A stretch of DNA of 64,000 nucleotides from an uncultured delta proteobacterium (GTDB lineage Bacteria; Desulfobacterota; Desulfomonilia; UBA1062), in assembly GCA_963752595.1 (NCBI GenBank), contig CAVVYZ010000002.1:64001-128000 (forward strand). Direction: 5' to 3'. Below the pieces are notes generated by a model. It was given only the letters and a program-made list of their open reading frames with translations. It ran no database searches and was not told where the DNA came from. A program made the translations under genes and the position numbers. This document shows positions 28,824 through 38,377 of this stretch, one piece after another. Positions within the stretch are counted from its first letter, which is position 1. Each line of letters begins with the position of its first letter.

Positions 28824-29387
28824 ATGGATGTTTTAAAGACAGTTTCAGACCCGATTCGAAGTCTTCCTCAGTACCCGGCTATTCAGACCAAGGTCAAGTA
28901 CCTCCTCTGCTCAACTGTTCTCTCGGTTCTGGGCCCGGCATTTGAGGTCGTTGGAAAGAGAGTGCCCGAATTCAAAACGGAAATCGAGTGCTGGGAGGAT
29001 GGGAGACGGTTTGCCATAGGCGTTCTTCCCGAAGGCCCCAGCATGACCCTGGAGAAGAGGTGGAACTTGGTTTATTACCTGGGCAAGGGGCTTCAGTCTC
29101 CCGATATATCCATGCTTTTCAAGAATCTCGATTCCGCGTTGCTCATGTTCCTGAGCATCATCGGCGCGCACCAGGCCTTTGCGGAAAACAGAGTGCTCGT
29201 GTATGGAGATCTCGGTCAGACTATGGAAGTCAACCGGGTGGTAAGTATTGTCAATTCTTATCTCTTGCCCGGGATAGTCCTGAAGCATGTCATGAAGAGA
29301 GTGCCCAAAATGAGCCTGGATCAGTATCTTCTGAAAATCAGGATCTCGCTTGCCCTTGTTCCGGCAATAATCAAACACCTTGTTTAA
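28824..29387 (+). CDS. Hypothetical protein, possibly SCP2-like lipid-binding fold
   Basis: ORF directly upstream of the Fe-ADH gene; 'PDISMLFKNLDSA...AENRVLVYGD' pattern. Confidence 0.55.
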   Translation: MDVLKTVSDPIRSLPQYPAIQTKVKYLLCSTVLSVLGPAFEVVGKRVPEFKTEIECWEDGRRFAIGVLPEGPSMTLEKRWNLVYYLGKGLQSPDISMLFKNLDSALLMFLSIIGAHQAFAENRVLVYGDLGQTMEVNRVVSIVNSYLLPGIVLKHVMKRVPKMSLDQYLLKIRISLALVPAIIKHLV

Positions 29388-29417
29388 ACACCCGAACCGC
29401 ATGATGAGGAGAAAATT

Positions 29418-30593
29418 ATGATACCGAATTATTACCAGCACTTCTGCCCGGTAAAAATACTCTCAGGACACGATGCAGCAGGCAGCATACCCTATGAGAT
29501 GGGGCTGCTCGGCTGCCGGAGAGCCATGATCGTAACCGACAAAGGCGTTGTAGGTGCCGGATTGATAAATATAGTCAGAGAGGCCTTTTCTGATTCCGAT
29601 AAAGAGATCGGGTATATTTTCGATGAAACTCCTCCGGACTCCAGCAACCGGCTTGTCAACAAGCTCGCGAAGCTTTTTTCTGAAGAGAAATGCGATTGTT
29701 TCGTGGCAGTCGGAGGAGGGAGTGCACTGGATACGGCAAAAGGCGCAAACATCGTTGTGTCCGAAGGGACTGACGACATCCTCAAGCTCCAGGGCAATGA
29801 GATCATAACTAAGAATCTGCTCCCCATGATCGCCGTACCCACCACCTCCGGCACTGGGTCGGAAGTCACCAAGGTCGCCGTGATCTACAACGAAGAAAAG
29901 AATATCAAGATGGCCTTTGTGTCGGACCGACTTTACCCGAAGGTGGCGGTCCTGGACTCGAGAATGACCCTGACCGTGCCGCCGAAGCTTACCGCTGCAA
30001 CCGGCATGGATGCGCTTACCCATGCGATAGAGGCCTATACATGCCTGCAGAAGAATACTATCGATGATATTTTCGCCAGGGCAGCTATCGAGCTCATTCG
30101 CAAGTATCTCGTCAGGGCAACGGAAAACGGCTCGGATGTTGAGGCACGTCTGGGTATGGCCAATGCCTCGCTGTTTGCCGGAATTGCTTTTTCCAATTCA
30201 ATGGTGGGAATGGTACATTCTCTTGCCCATGCATGCGGCGGTGTATGCCATGTGCCGCATGGTATAGCCAATGCCATCCTGCTCCCCTACGGGATGGAAT
30301 ACAATATTCCGAAGGTCGGCAAGTACATTGCCGAGATTTCCGGAATGCTGGGAGCTTCCGTAGAATATCTGGAATCCAATGAGCAGGCAATGGTGACCAT
30401 ATCCCTGGTAAGAAACCTCATCGGAAGGCTCAATCAGATAAGCGGTCTTCCGACCAGGCTGAAAGATGCAGGAGTGACGGAAGACAAGCTTCCTGCAATA
30501 GCCCACGCTGCAATCAACGACGGCTCACTCATCCTTAATCCGACCGAACTGAGCCTGGAGGACGCCTTGAATGTACTGAAAAAGACTTTCTAA
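29418..30593 (+). CDS. Iron-containing alcohol dehydrogenase
   Basis: 'GGGSALD', 'PTTSGTGSE', 'DALTHAIE', 'HSLAH', 'PHG'. Confidence 0.92.
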   Translation: MIPNYYQHFCPVKILSGHDAAGSIPYEMGLLGCRRAMIVTDKGVVGAGLINIVREAFSDSDKEIGYIFDETPPDSSNRLVNKLAKLFSEEKCDCFVAVGGGSALDTAKGANIVVSEGTDDILKLQGNEIITKNLLPMIAVPTTSGTGSEVTKVAVIYNEEKNIKMAFVSDRLYPKVAVLDSRMTLTVPPKLTAATGMDALTHAIEAYTCLQKNTIDDIFARAAIELIRKYLVRATENGSDVEARLGMANASLFAGIAFSNSMVGMVHSLAHACGGVCHVPHGIANAILLPYGMEYNIPKVGKYIAEISGMLGASVEYLESNEQAMVTISLVRNLIGRLNQISGLPTRLKDAGVTEDKLPAIAHAAINDGSLILNPTELSLEDALNVLKKTF

Positions 30594-30714
30594 AGGTTTC
30601 GCTTGACATGCCGGAGAGTAAGCCTTTAAGGTTACTCTCCGTTTGCGTTTTCCATGACATGGAGTTTCTTCCGGAGCCTGCTTGGAAATTTTTATATAAG
30701 TGAGGTTGAATCGC

Positions 30715-31359
30715 ATGAGTGATAAATATAAAATCATTGGTCCCCTCTATGATTTTGTCGCAATGGTATATAGCGCAGGCCGGATCGATAAATGCAAAAC
30801 CGCCATGCATGACCATATCAAGCCCGATGACAAAGTGCTCTTCGCAGGGGTGGGGCAGGGGATGGATGCAGTCGCCGCAGCAGAGAGAGGCGCTCAGGTG
30901 ACGGTTGTGGATATTTCGCAGACAATGCTGAACCTCTTCGCCAAGAGGACATCGGGAAGATACTTCCTCCATCCAATAAGGAAGGTCGGCTACGACATCT
31001 TCAAATTCGAGGAATATGAACAGTTCGATTTCGTATACGCCAACTTCTTCCTCAATGTCTTTTCACGGGTCATGGTTCTCCCTCTGCTCGAACACCTTAC
31101 AAAGCTGGCAAAAAAAGACGGTCATGTCGTTATCGGCGATTTTGCCCTTCCATCCGGCGGGCCTTTTGCCAGGACAATTCAGAGCATATACTGGTACATA
31201 GCTGATATCTTTTTTAACCTCTTAGCAAAGAATGCCCTCCACCCGGTGTATGATTACCAGGAGATGTTGAGGGGCCTTGGTTTTACCATCGAGGAGGTAC
31301 GGTACTGCCGGTTTTTATTCGCAAACCGCTATTGCTCGATTCTCGCAAAAAAAGGTTAA
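30715..31359 (+). CDS. Class I SAM-dependent methyltransferase
   Basis: 'VLFAGVGQG.D', 'VVDIS..ML', 'FDFVYANFFL', 'IGDF'. Confidence 0.85.
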   Translation: MSDKYKIIGPLYDFVAMVYSAGRIDKCKTAMHDHIKPDDKVLFAGVGQGMDAVAAAERGAQVTVVDISQTMLNLFAKRTSGRYFLHPIRKVGYDIFKFEEYEQFDFVYANFFLNVFSRVMVLPLLEHLTKLAKKDGHVVIGDFALPSGGPFARTIQSIYWYIADIFFNLLAKNALHPVYDYQEMLRGLGFTIEEVRYCRFLFANRYCSILAKKG

Positions 31360-31561
31360 GGAAGAGCCCCAACTTTGGGGTAATCGCATGAGGAGGAGAA
31401 AATATCTTCCCTGGAATGTGAAAAAAATTACACACATTGGAAATATTCCCCTCGCCCACAAAAATAGATAACTCATTGAATAATAAGTCTATAATATAAT
31501 TTATACTAGATATCACCTGATAATATACTAGTAATCGTTTCGTGGTTTTTGCTATTTTTTT

Positions 31562-31577
31562 TGGCACGTTTCGTGAT
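31562..31577 (+). promoter_or_regulatory. Sigma54-like promoter upstream of HMG-CoA reductase
   Basis: TGGCACGTTTCGTGAT (GG-N10-GA) after an AT-rich tract. Confidence 0.45.
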
Positions 31578-31669
31578 TACTCTACTTCCATGATGATTTT
31601 ATCCCGGAATAAGGATCTGAAAATCAGCATCATGTGATTGCTTTTTCATTCATTGAAAGGAAGGGAGTT

Positions 31670-33277
31670 ATGAGAAATACAAATGCTGAGCATAAAATAA
31701 TATCACTCAGTAGTATTTCAGAGGTCAAACACCAAGTTGCAATATCCCCCATCATCCTGAAGAAGATCTACTCCAGCGGCAGCCTTAAAAATTTCGAAGA
31801 AGGCGTGAGCTTCCAGATCAAGAACCAGATGCGGGATGCGGTTCTTACAGGTATCTATGAGGTGACCGTCAACGGGATGGAGATCCCTTTGCACGAAGTA
31901 TTCATCGGCAGCAATGAGGCGCGGGTGAGGGCGGATAAAATAGATCAGGCCAATACGGTCTCCTTCCCCTTGGGCGAGAACATCGATTTCACCGTCCGGG
32001 TTCATCCTTTGAAGAAGAATCAGGAACACCGGATAGAAATGATCCTTGATACGGTGCCATACGGCATATTACATCTCGACGCGGTAGACACTGTCACGGA
32101 AACCAGGATCGATCAGACGCGTATTCCTTGTAATAAGGAAGCCAACTACGACTTGGAGATCATCCGGAAGAGACAGGATTTCATCGAGAGCTTTTCCGGA
32201 ACCACACTCCATCATATTAAGCAGCATTCGTTCGATCCTGCGGTCACCAAAGGGAACATCGAGAATTTCACCGGCGTGGCCCAGGTGCCCATGGGATTTG
32301 CCGGCCCTATCAAAGTCAACGGCGAATATGCAAAAGGCGAGTTCATAATCCCGTTGTGTACGAGTGAGGGCACCCTGGTCGCTTCCTACAACCGGGGGAT
32401 GAAGCTCATCAATATGAGCGGCGGCGTAACGGTCACGATCGTAGAAGATCACATGCAGCGAGCCCCGGTATTCGTATTCGAATCCACCAGGCAGGCGCGT
32501 GATTTCTCGCTCTGGCTCGATGAAAATATGGACGAAATCCGCAAACAGGCGGAATCGGCTTCCAAGGTGGCAAAGCTCCTCGATATCGAGAAATACCTGG
32601 CAAGCAAATTCGTCTACTTGCGCTTCAACTACTTTACCGGTGACGCTGCTGGGCAGAACATGGTGAGCATGGCCACTTTCCTGGCATGCAGCTGGATCCT
32701 TGCCCAGTACAAGGGAATCGAGCATTTCTACATGGATTCGAACATGACGACCGACAAGAAGTGCTCGCAGATCAATACGCTGAAGACCAGAGGGAAGAGG
32801 GTTGTCGCAGAGATCACCATTCCCCGCGACATCCTGATCCATCAGATGAGGGTTGACCCCGATACGCTGGTTCACTTGAGCCAGGTTGCGAATCTCGGGG
32901 CCTTCATGGCAGGTTCCAGCAGCAACGGGCTGCATTCTGCCAATGCCCTTGCTGCAGTGTTCATTGCAACCGGCCAGGACGTCGCCAATCTGGCTGAATC
33001 TTCAACCGGTCTCATTTACGCTGAGGTCACGCCGAACGGCGATCTCTATGTATCTCTGACTCTTCCTTCCCTTATCGTAGCTACGTACGGAGGGGGGACA
33101 GGGCTTCCGACGCAGAAAGAATGCCTGGAGGTTCTTGGATGCTATGGTCAGGGCAAGGTTAAAAAGTTCGCGGAACTCGTTGCCGCAGTGGCCCTTGCAG
33201 GGGAGCTCTCCCTGGCATCGGCGCTCTCATCACTAGATTGGGTGACCAGCCATGAGAGGCTGGGGAAAAACAGGTAA
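31670..33277 (+). CDS. Class I-type hydroxymethylglutaryl-CoA reductase with extra N-terminal domain
   Basis: 'ENFTG..QVPMG', 'TSEGTLVASYNRG', 'DAAGQNM', 'TDKK', 'GQDVA', 'GGGTGL', 'SHERL'; ~140-aa N-terminal extension. Confidence 0.88.
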   Translation: MRNTNAEHKIISLSSISEVKHQVAISPIILKKIYSSGSLKNFEEGVSFQIKNQMRDAVLTGIYEVTVNGMEIPLHEVFIGSNEARVRADKIDQANTVSFPLGENIDFTVRVHPLKKNQEHRIEMILDTVPYGILHLDAVDTVTETRIDQTRIPCNKEANYDLEIIRKRQDFIESFSGTTLHHIKQHSFDPAVTKGNIENFTGVAQVPMGFAGPIKVNGEYAKGEFIIPLCTSEGTLVASYNRGMKLINMSGGVTVTIVEDHMQRAPVFVFESTRQARDFSLWLDENMDEIRKQAESASKVAKLLDIEKYLASKFVYLRFNYFTGDAAGQNMVSMATFLACSWILAQYKGIEHFYMDSNMTTDKKCSQINTLKTRGKRVVAEITIPRDILIHQMRVDPDTLVHLSQVANLGAFMAGSSSNGLHSANALAAVFIATGQDVANLAESSTGLIYAEVTPNGDLYVSLTLPSLIVATYGGGTGLPTQKECLEVLGCYGQGKVKKFAELVAAVALAGELSLASALSSLDWVTSHERLGKNR

Positions 33278-33300
33278 AGGAACCTTAAGGGAGGATATTT

Positions 33301-34377
33301 ATGGAGACAAGTATTCAGTTCGCGTCCGTCAGTGCACAGGTTCTGGAAAAACCGTATACGAGAGTAATTCCTCTTGAGACGCACAAGACGAAGAAGCGGT
33401 TCAGAGAGATCGGCATCGACATGTTCAGCTTCGAGGAACGCGTTGAATACCTCAAGAAATACGGCAATCACTGCATGTCATTCTCACAGTTTCAGCGGGA
33501 CATGCATTATTTCGACATCTCGGGGATCGGCTACATCGCCTACCGGAAGAAATGGGCTGCGCGGTATGTACTGGCAGATCCGGTTTGTGACGAAAAGGAT
33601 CGGGAATATATCATCGGTGAGTTTCTCAAAGATAAAACCCATACGGCCTTTATCCAGATTTCCGAACCGGTTGCCGAACTGATTCATGAAAAGTTCGGGT
33701 ATTATTCAAGCCAGTTCGGCGTGGAGACCGTCGTCGACCTCAAAACCTGGGATGTGAAGGGGAAAAAGAAGCAGGTTCTTCGCACCTCCGTCAACAAGGC
33801 ACAAAAGGACGGTGTCCGGTTCGTCGAGATGAGTGAAGACGCATATGATGACAGTCTCACAAAGGAGTGGATGCGCACCAGGAAAGTAAAGAACAAGGAA
33901 GTCGTGTTTCTCATCAGGCCTAAGGATCAGGAATACCAGGAGGGGACGAGGAAATTCTATGCATTCCTGGGTGAAGAACTCCTCGGATATATCCACTTCG
34001 ATCCGGCGTATGAAAATGGAAAGGTTCTGGGCTATGTTCCAAACATCTCCCGGTTCTCCCCCAAGTTCAAACAGGGGATCTTCTATCCGCTCATGGTTCA
34101 TGCCATGGAGGCATTCAAGAAGGAAGGTACGCCGTATCTTTACCTTGGGATCTCTCCTGCGGTTGTGGATGACAAAGACAAGCCCTGTGAATCCAAGATC
34201 TTCAAGATTTTCGTCAGGCTTCTTTTCAAGTACGGGAATATGTTCTACAGTTTCAAGGGCCTGCACTTCACCAAGTCGAGGTTCCAGGGCGAAGATGTGA
34301 AGACCTTCTGTGCACATAGGGAAATGCTGCCCACTAGGTCTTTCCTCACCGTTTTCCACATGTGCAACATCATCTAG
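33301..34377 (+). CDS. DUF2156 (aminoacyl-phosphatidylglycerol synthase C-terminal, tRNA-dependent transferase) stand-alone protein
   Basis: 'LADPVC', 'GVETVVDL...KGKKKQVLRTSVNK', 'YLGISP', 'YSFKGLHFTKSRF'; no TM segments. Confidence 0.8.
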   Translation: METSIQFASVSAQVLEKPYTRVIPLETHKTKKRFREIGIDMFSFEERVEYLKKYGNHCMSFSQFQRDMHYFDISGIGYIAYRKKWAARYVLADPVCDEKDREYIIGEFLKDKTHTAFIQISEPVAELIHEKFGYYSSQFGVETVVDLKTWDVKGKKKQVLRTSVNKAQKDGVRFVEMSEDAYDDSLTKEWMRTRKVKNKEVVFLIRPKDQEYQEGTRKFYAFLGEELLGYIHFDPAYENGKVLGYVPNISRFSPKFKQGIFYPLMVHAMEAFKKEGTPYLYLGISPAVVDDKDKPCESKIFKIFVRLLFKYGNMFYSFKGLHFTKSRFQGEDVKTFCAHREMLPTRSFLTVFHMCNII

Positions 34378-34386
34378 CGATAAAAA

Positions 34387-34422
34387 GCCTGCAGACTGTT
34401 GTTAGGTGGACAGTCTGCAGGC
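34387..34422. terminator. Bidirectional terminator
   Basis: GCCTGCAGACTGT...ACAGTCTGCAGGC between convergent genes. Confidence 0.7.
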
Positions 34423-34438
34423 CCTTGTATGATTTATC

Positions 34439-35110
34439 TCAGAACGCGCTTTGCTTCTTGAAATCCAAAATGGGCCAATGCGATTCCAATGCAGCTTTCC
34501 TCAATTTCATGTCCGGGTTGGTTGCGATGGGGTAACCAACCACTTTCATCAAGGCGACATCAAATGAGGAATCCGTGTAAAAATAGCTCCGTGCGAGGTC
34601 GACTCCGTTTTCTTCCGCCCAGACTTGTGCATAGAACTTTTTGCCTTCACCATAGCATAACGGCTTCACGAGCTTTCCTGTCAGGATACCGTTTTTTATT
34701 TCTACCCGGGAGCAGATGACATCGGGGATCTGCAGCACATGAGCCATAGGCTTGACAAAAAATATCGGCGAATTGGAAATGATCACCACGCGCCGTCCCT
34801 TTTCCTTGTGGCCTCTTATGAGATCAAGGGCCTCTTTATAAATCGCTTTTTTCAGGGTTTCCTCGAACCATGCGGTGCAGAAATTATCCATGTCCTGAAG
34901 CTTCGTACCTGAAAGCATTTCCATGTTTTTTTCGTACCAGTGCTCGATGTTGAGCAACGACAGCCGGTAGAGGACGATCTTGAACATGCTTTTGAGCACA
35001 TGGCCTGTGGGTATTATTCCCTTGGCTCCGGCAAACCGTACAAACGATAATCCGGAATTCTCCCAGGTAATGGTGTGGTCCATGTCGAAAAAGGCAGCCG
35101 CATCTCCCAT
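34439..35110 (-). CDS. HAD-IB family hydrolase
   Basis: 'FFDMDHT', 'ISNS', 'GEGK', 'YTDS..D', 'NPD'. Confidence 0.88.
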   Translation of the reverse strand: MGDAAAFFDMDHTITWENSGLSFVRFAGAKGIIPTGHVLKSMFKIVLYRLSLLNIEHWYEKNMEMLSGTKLQDMDNFCTAWFEETLKKAIYKEALDLIRGHKEKGRRVVIISNSPIFFVKPMAHVLQIPDVICSRVEIKNGILTGKLVKPLCYGEGKKFYAQVWAEENGVDLARSYFYTDSSFDVALMKVVGYPIATNPDMKLRKAALESHWPILDFKKQSAF

Positions 35111-35344
35111 ATATATGGCTCATAACAGAGCAGGGCATCCAATGCAATAAGAGCTGGTTAAGATACCCTGATAATGGATATAAGCCTTTGTGTGTTTCCC
35201 CACAATAACGTTTGAGCTTACTTTTGTTGAGAATTTTAAAGGCTATTGCCCCCCCCGGACGGGGACCCTTCGCAGGATTGACTTTTCCTGTGTTGTATGG
35301 TTGGACTCTCTCACTGAGCCGGAAAGGGTTTACGGGGTGCGGCG

Positions 35345-36268
35345 GTGATCGTTGTTGAGAATCTCACCAAATATTATGGTTCCAAAATTGCGATTGAGGA
35401 TGTGACGTTTACCGTAAATCGGGGTGAAGTACTCGGTTTCCTTGGGCCCAACGGTGCCGGCAAATCCACGACCATGAAGGTTATCGCCTCATTCATGCCT
35501 CCTACTTCAGGCAGCGTCAGGATCATGGGTTATGATACGGTGAGAGATTCTCTGGAAGCCAGGAAATGCATCGGTTACCTCCCTGAGAATACGCCGTTGT
35601 ATTCGAAGATGACAGTGGAGTCGTTTCTTGGATTTGCTGCAAAAGCAAAAGGTGTGAAGAAAGAGAATATCTCATCCCAGATCAAGGGGACGATCTCCGA
35701 CCTTGGCCTGGCGGAAGTAAGAGGCAAGAATATCGAGACCCTCTCCAAGGGATACCGGCAGAGGGTAGGCTTTGCGCAGGCGCTGATCGGGGATCCCCCG
35801 GTCCTTATACTCGACGAACCGACCATCGGGCTTGATGCTAGGCAGAGCCGGGAGATCGAGCAGCTGATAAAAGACTTGTCCGGATGGAAAACCATGATCA
35901 TTTCCTCCCATAACCTTTCGGAGATAAGCAGGCTCTGTGACAGGGTTGCGTTCATCAACAAAGGCAGAATCGTAGCTGTAGACGCCCCGAGGGATCTGAC
36001 CGAAAGATACCGGAATCATACAAGCATAACCGTAAAGGTCGGAGACAAGGCAAAAGAGGCATTAAAGACCATATGCGGCATAGAAGGTGTTCTATCTATC
36101 TTGATTTTAAATTCTTCAATGCTCAAGGTCGACACCATCAGGGAAACAGATTTGCGGCCGGTACTGGCCAACGCGCTTGTGAGTGCCGGTATTCCGCTTC
36201 TGGAACTCGTCCGTGATGAAACAATCCTTGAGGATATTTTCATGGAGATCACCAGGGAGGCAAACTAG
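35345..36268 (+). CDS. ABC transporter ATP-binding protein (GldA-like)
   Basis: 'GPNGAGKST', 'LSKGYRQR', 'LDEPT', 'SSH'. Confidence 0.92.
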   Translation: MIVVENLTKYYGSKIAIEDVTFTVNRGEVLGFLGPNGAGKSTTMKVIASFMPPTSGSVRIMGYDTVRDSLEARKCIGYLPENTPLYSKMTVESFLGFAAKAKGVKKENISSQIKGTISDLGLAEVRGKNIETLSKGYRQRVGFAQALIGDPPVLILDEPTIGLDARQSREIEQLIKDLSGWKTMIISSHNLSEISRLCDRVAFINKGRIVAVDAPRDLTERYRNHTSITVKVGDKAKEALKTICGIEGVLSILILNSSMLKVDTIRETDLRPVLANALVSAGIPLLELVRDETILEDIFMEITREAN

Positions 36269-37030
36269 GTGCGGAGTATCTACTTCAAAGAGTTGTCCAT
36301 TTACTTCTCATCGCCGCTCTTTTATGTGATAGCCGCAGTATTCGCGTGCATATCGGGTATTTATTTCTGCAATGCCATGGCTTATGTAAGCCTCCTCTCG
36401 GCGACTATAACTCATTACCAGGCCTTCCACAGGATAAGCATGGATAACGTGCTTGTCCAACCCATATTTTCAGACTTGAGCATGCTTGTTGTGTTTCTCA
36501 CTCCTCTTATCTCCATGCGCCTCTACGCGGAAGAGAGGGCAGAAGGAACGATTGAGCTTCTCTTCACGTATCCTGTGAGCGATTTGAAGGTCCTCCTGGG
36601 TAAGTATCTCTCGGGATTAACCATCCTCACGATCATGTTGTTCCTCACTCTGCCCCTTATGGGCATCATGGCCGTGGTCACATGGCCGAACTGGGGCCTT
36701 GTCTCCTCTTCTTATCTGGGGCTGACGCTTCTGGCCGGAGCGATACTCTCTATGGGGCTCTTCTTCTCCAGCCTGACAAGAAATCAGATTGTCGCAGCAG
36801 CTTTTACCATCGGGCTGATCCTTGTCTTCTGGTCGATCGGCTGGTTCTCGGCGGTTTTCCTTGACGGCACGGCCGGGACGCTGTTGAGGGAGCTATCGTT
36901 TGTGAACCATATATCGCCCTTTCTCAAAGGATCGGTATCGTTGAAAGACATTGTCTTTTTCATCGAATTCTCATTATTCTTTCTCGTGCTCACCTTCGAG
37001 GTTATTGAATCGAACAGGTGGAAAGGATAG
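36269..37030 (+). CDS. ABC-2 permease (GldF-like)
   Basis: 'KELSIYFSSP', 'MRLYAEE..EGTIELLFTYP', multiple TM segments. Confidence 0.88.
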   Translation: MRSIYFKELSIYFSSPLFYVIAAVFACISGIYFCNAMAYVSLLSATITHYQAFHRISMDNVLVQPIFSDLSMLVVFLTPLISMRLYAEERAEGTIELLFTYPVSDLKVLLGKYLSGLTILTIMLFLTLPLMGIMAVVTWPNWGLVSSSYLGLTLLAGAILSMGLFFSSLTRNQIVAAAFTIGLILVFWSIGWFSAVFLDGTAGTLLRELSFVNHISPFLKGSVSLKDIVFFIEFSLFFLVLTFEVIESNRWKG

Positions 37031-37033
37031 GGG

Positions 37034-38377
37034 ATGGGGCAAAATTGTAAGAATATCTTTCGCGCCGTTCTCTTTGTCCTTATCTTCGGGGTAATACTCC
37101 TGATCGGCTATCTCACAGCCATACAACACGAAAAGAGGTGGGACCTGAGCCGGGCCGGGCAGAACACCCTCGATACCAGGTCGAAAAGAATCGTGAGTTC
37201 CATACCCTTTGATGTGCGGATAATAGCATTCTGCACGCTTGGAGAAATGGAAAAGATTTCCAGAGCCCTCCTTGATCTCTACAGACTGGAATCCAGTCAT
37301 ATACAATACGAAGTGGCAGACCCGGATGCCAGGCCGGTCCTTGCCCGGCAATACGGCATCAGCCATTACGGGCAGGCGGCTCTTCTGGGAAGGGGCAGGA
37401 TCGTCACGATAGATGCGATAACGGAAGAGGGAATATCCAATGCCTTGATCAAACTCCAGAGGAACAGGAGGAAAAATGTCTATGTACTTTCCGGTCATGG
37501 AGAGCCGGAAATCTCGGAGACCGGCAAGGGCGGCCTTTCTCACCTCGTAAAAGCCCTGGAGCGGGATGACTGCGAGGTAAAAGAGCTTTTTCTCATGCGT
37601 CAGGGCGAGATACCTAAGGACGCCGACCTGCTCATGGTGCCCGGGCCGCAGGTTTCCCTCATGCCTGAAGAGATTGATGCCGTACGCTTGTATCTGGAAC
37701 GAGGGGGGAATGCGTTCATCGCCTTGGAGCCTCAGAGGGACGGAGGGCTCAAGAATCTCCTGGCAGAAAACGGGGTGGTCATGGATAATGCCGCTATCAC
37801 TGATCCTTCCACGAAAGTGCTCGGAAGCGATGCTTTCGTGCCGGTGGTGAATTCGTACGGCCAGGTAGGGGAACTGGGCAGGTTCCGTCTTGCAACCGTT
37901 TTCCCCACTGCAAGGCCTTTGTGGATAAAGAATAAGCCACCGCACAGCATAACCGTATCCTGGATTGCAAGGACTTCGGACCGGAGCCGGGCTGAAAATG
38001 GCAAGGGCGCTTCTTCTGAGCCGATACAACCCGCATCAGATCCTTCCGATGGAAAAGGCCCACTGAATGTTGCACTTTATATAAGGAAAATCTTGAGCGA
38101 ACAGACAGAATCCCGTGCCGTTATCTTCGGGGATGCGGATTTCCTTACGAATACCTACCTGAACATATCAGGAAACAAGGATCTGGCAATGAACTGCATC
38201 TATATGCTGCTCGAAGAGGGCCACCTTATTACCATTGATTCCAAAGAAGCCGGAAGCCGGCCTTTTATTCTGACTCCGGTACAGAGCGCTCTTTTGTTCT
38301 GGACCTCTGCAGTGATCATTCCATCCCTGATTCTTACTCCCGTTTTATTCCTCAACCGGAGAAGAAACAGGGCATGA
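37034..38377 (+). CDS. ABC auxiliary component (GldG-like)
   Basis: 'RWDLS', 'GHGE', 'PGPQ', 'GDADFLTN...NKDL', terminal TM followed by a basic tail. Confidence 0.85.
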   Translation: MGQNCKNIFRAVLFVLIFGVILLIGYLTAIQHEKRWDLSRAGQNTLDTRSKRIVSSIPFDVRIIAFCTLGEMEKISRALLDLYRLESSHIQYEVADPDARPVLARQYGISHYGQAALLGRGRIVTIDAITEEGISNALIKLQRNRRKNVYVLSGHGEPEISETGKGGLSHLVKALERDDCEVKELFLMRQGEIPKDADLLMVPGPQVSLMPEEIDAVRLYLERGGNAFIALEPQRDGGLKNLLAENGVVMDNAAITDPSTKVLGSDAFVPVVNSYGQVGELGRFRLATVFPTARPLWIKNKPPHSITVSWIARTSDRSRAENGKGASSEPIQPASDPSDGKGPLNVALYIRKILSEQTESRAVIFGDADFLTNTYLNISGNKDLAMNCIYMLLEEGHLITIDSKEAGSRPFILTPVQSALLFWTSAVIIPSLILTPVLFLNRRRNRA

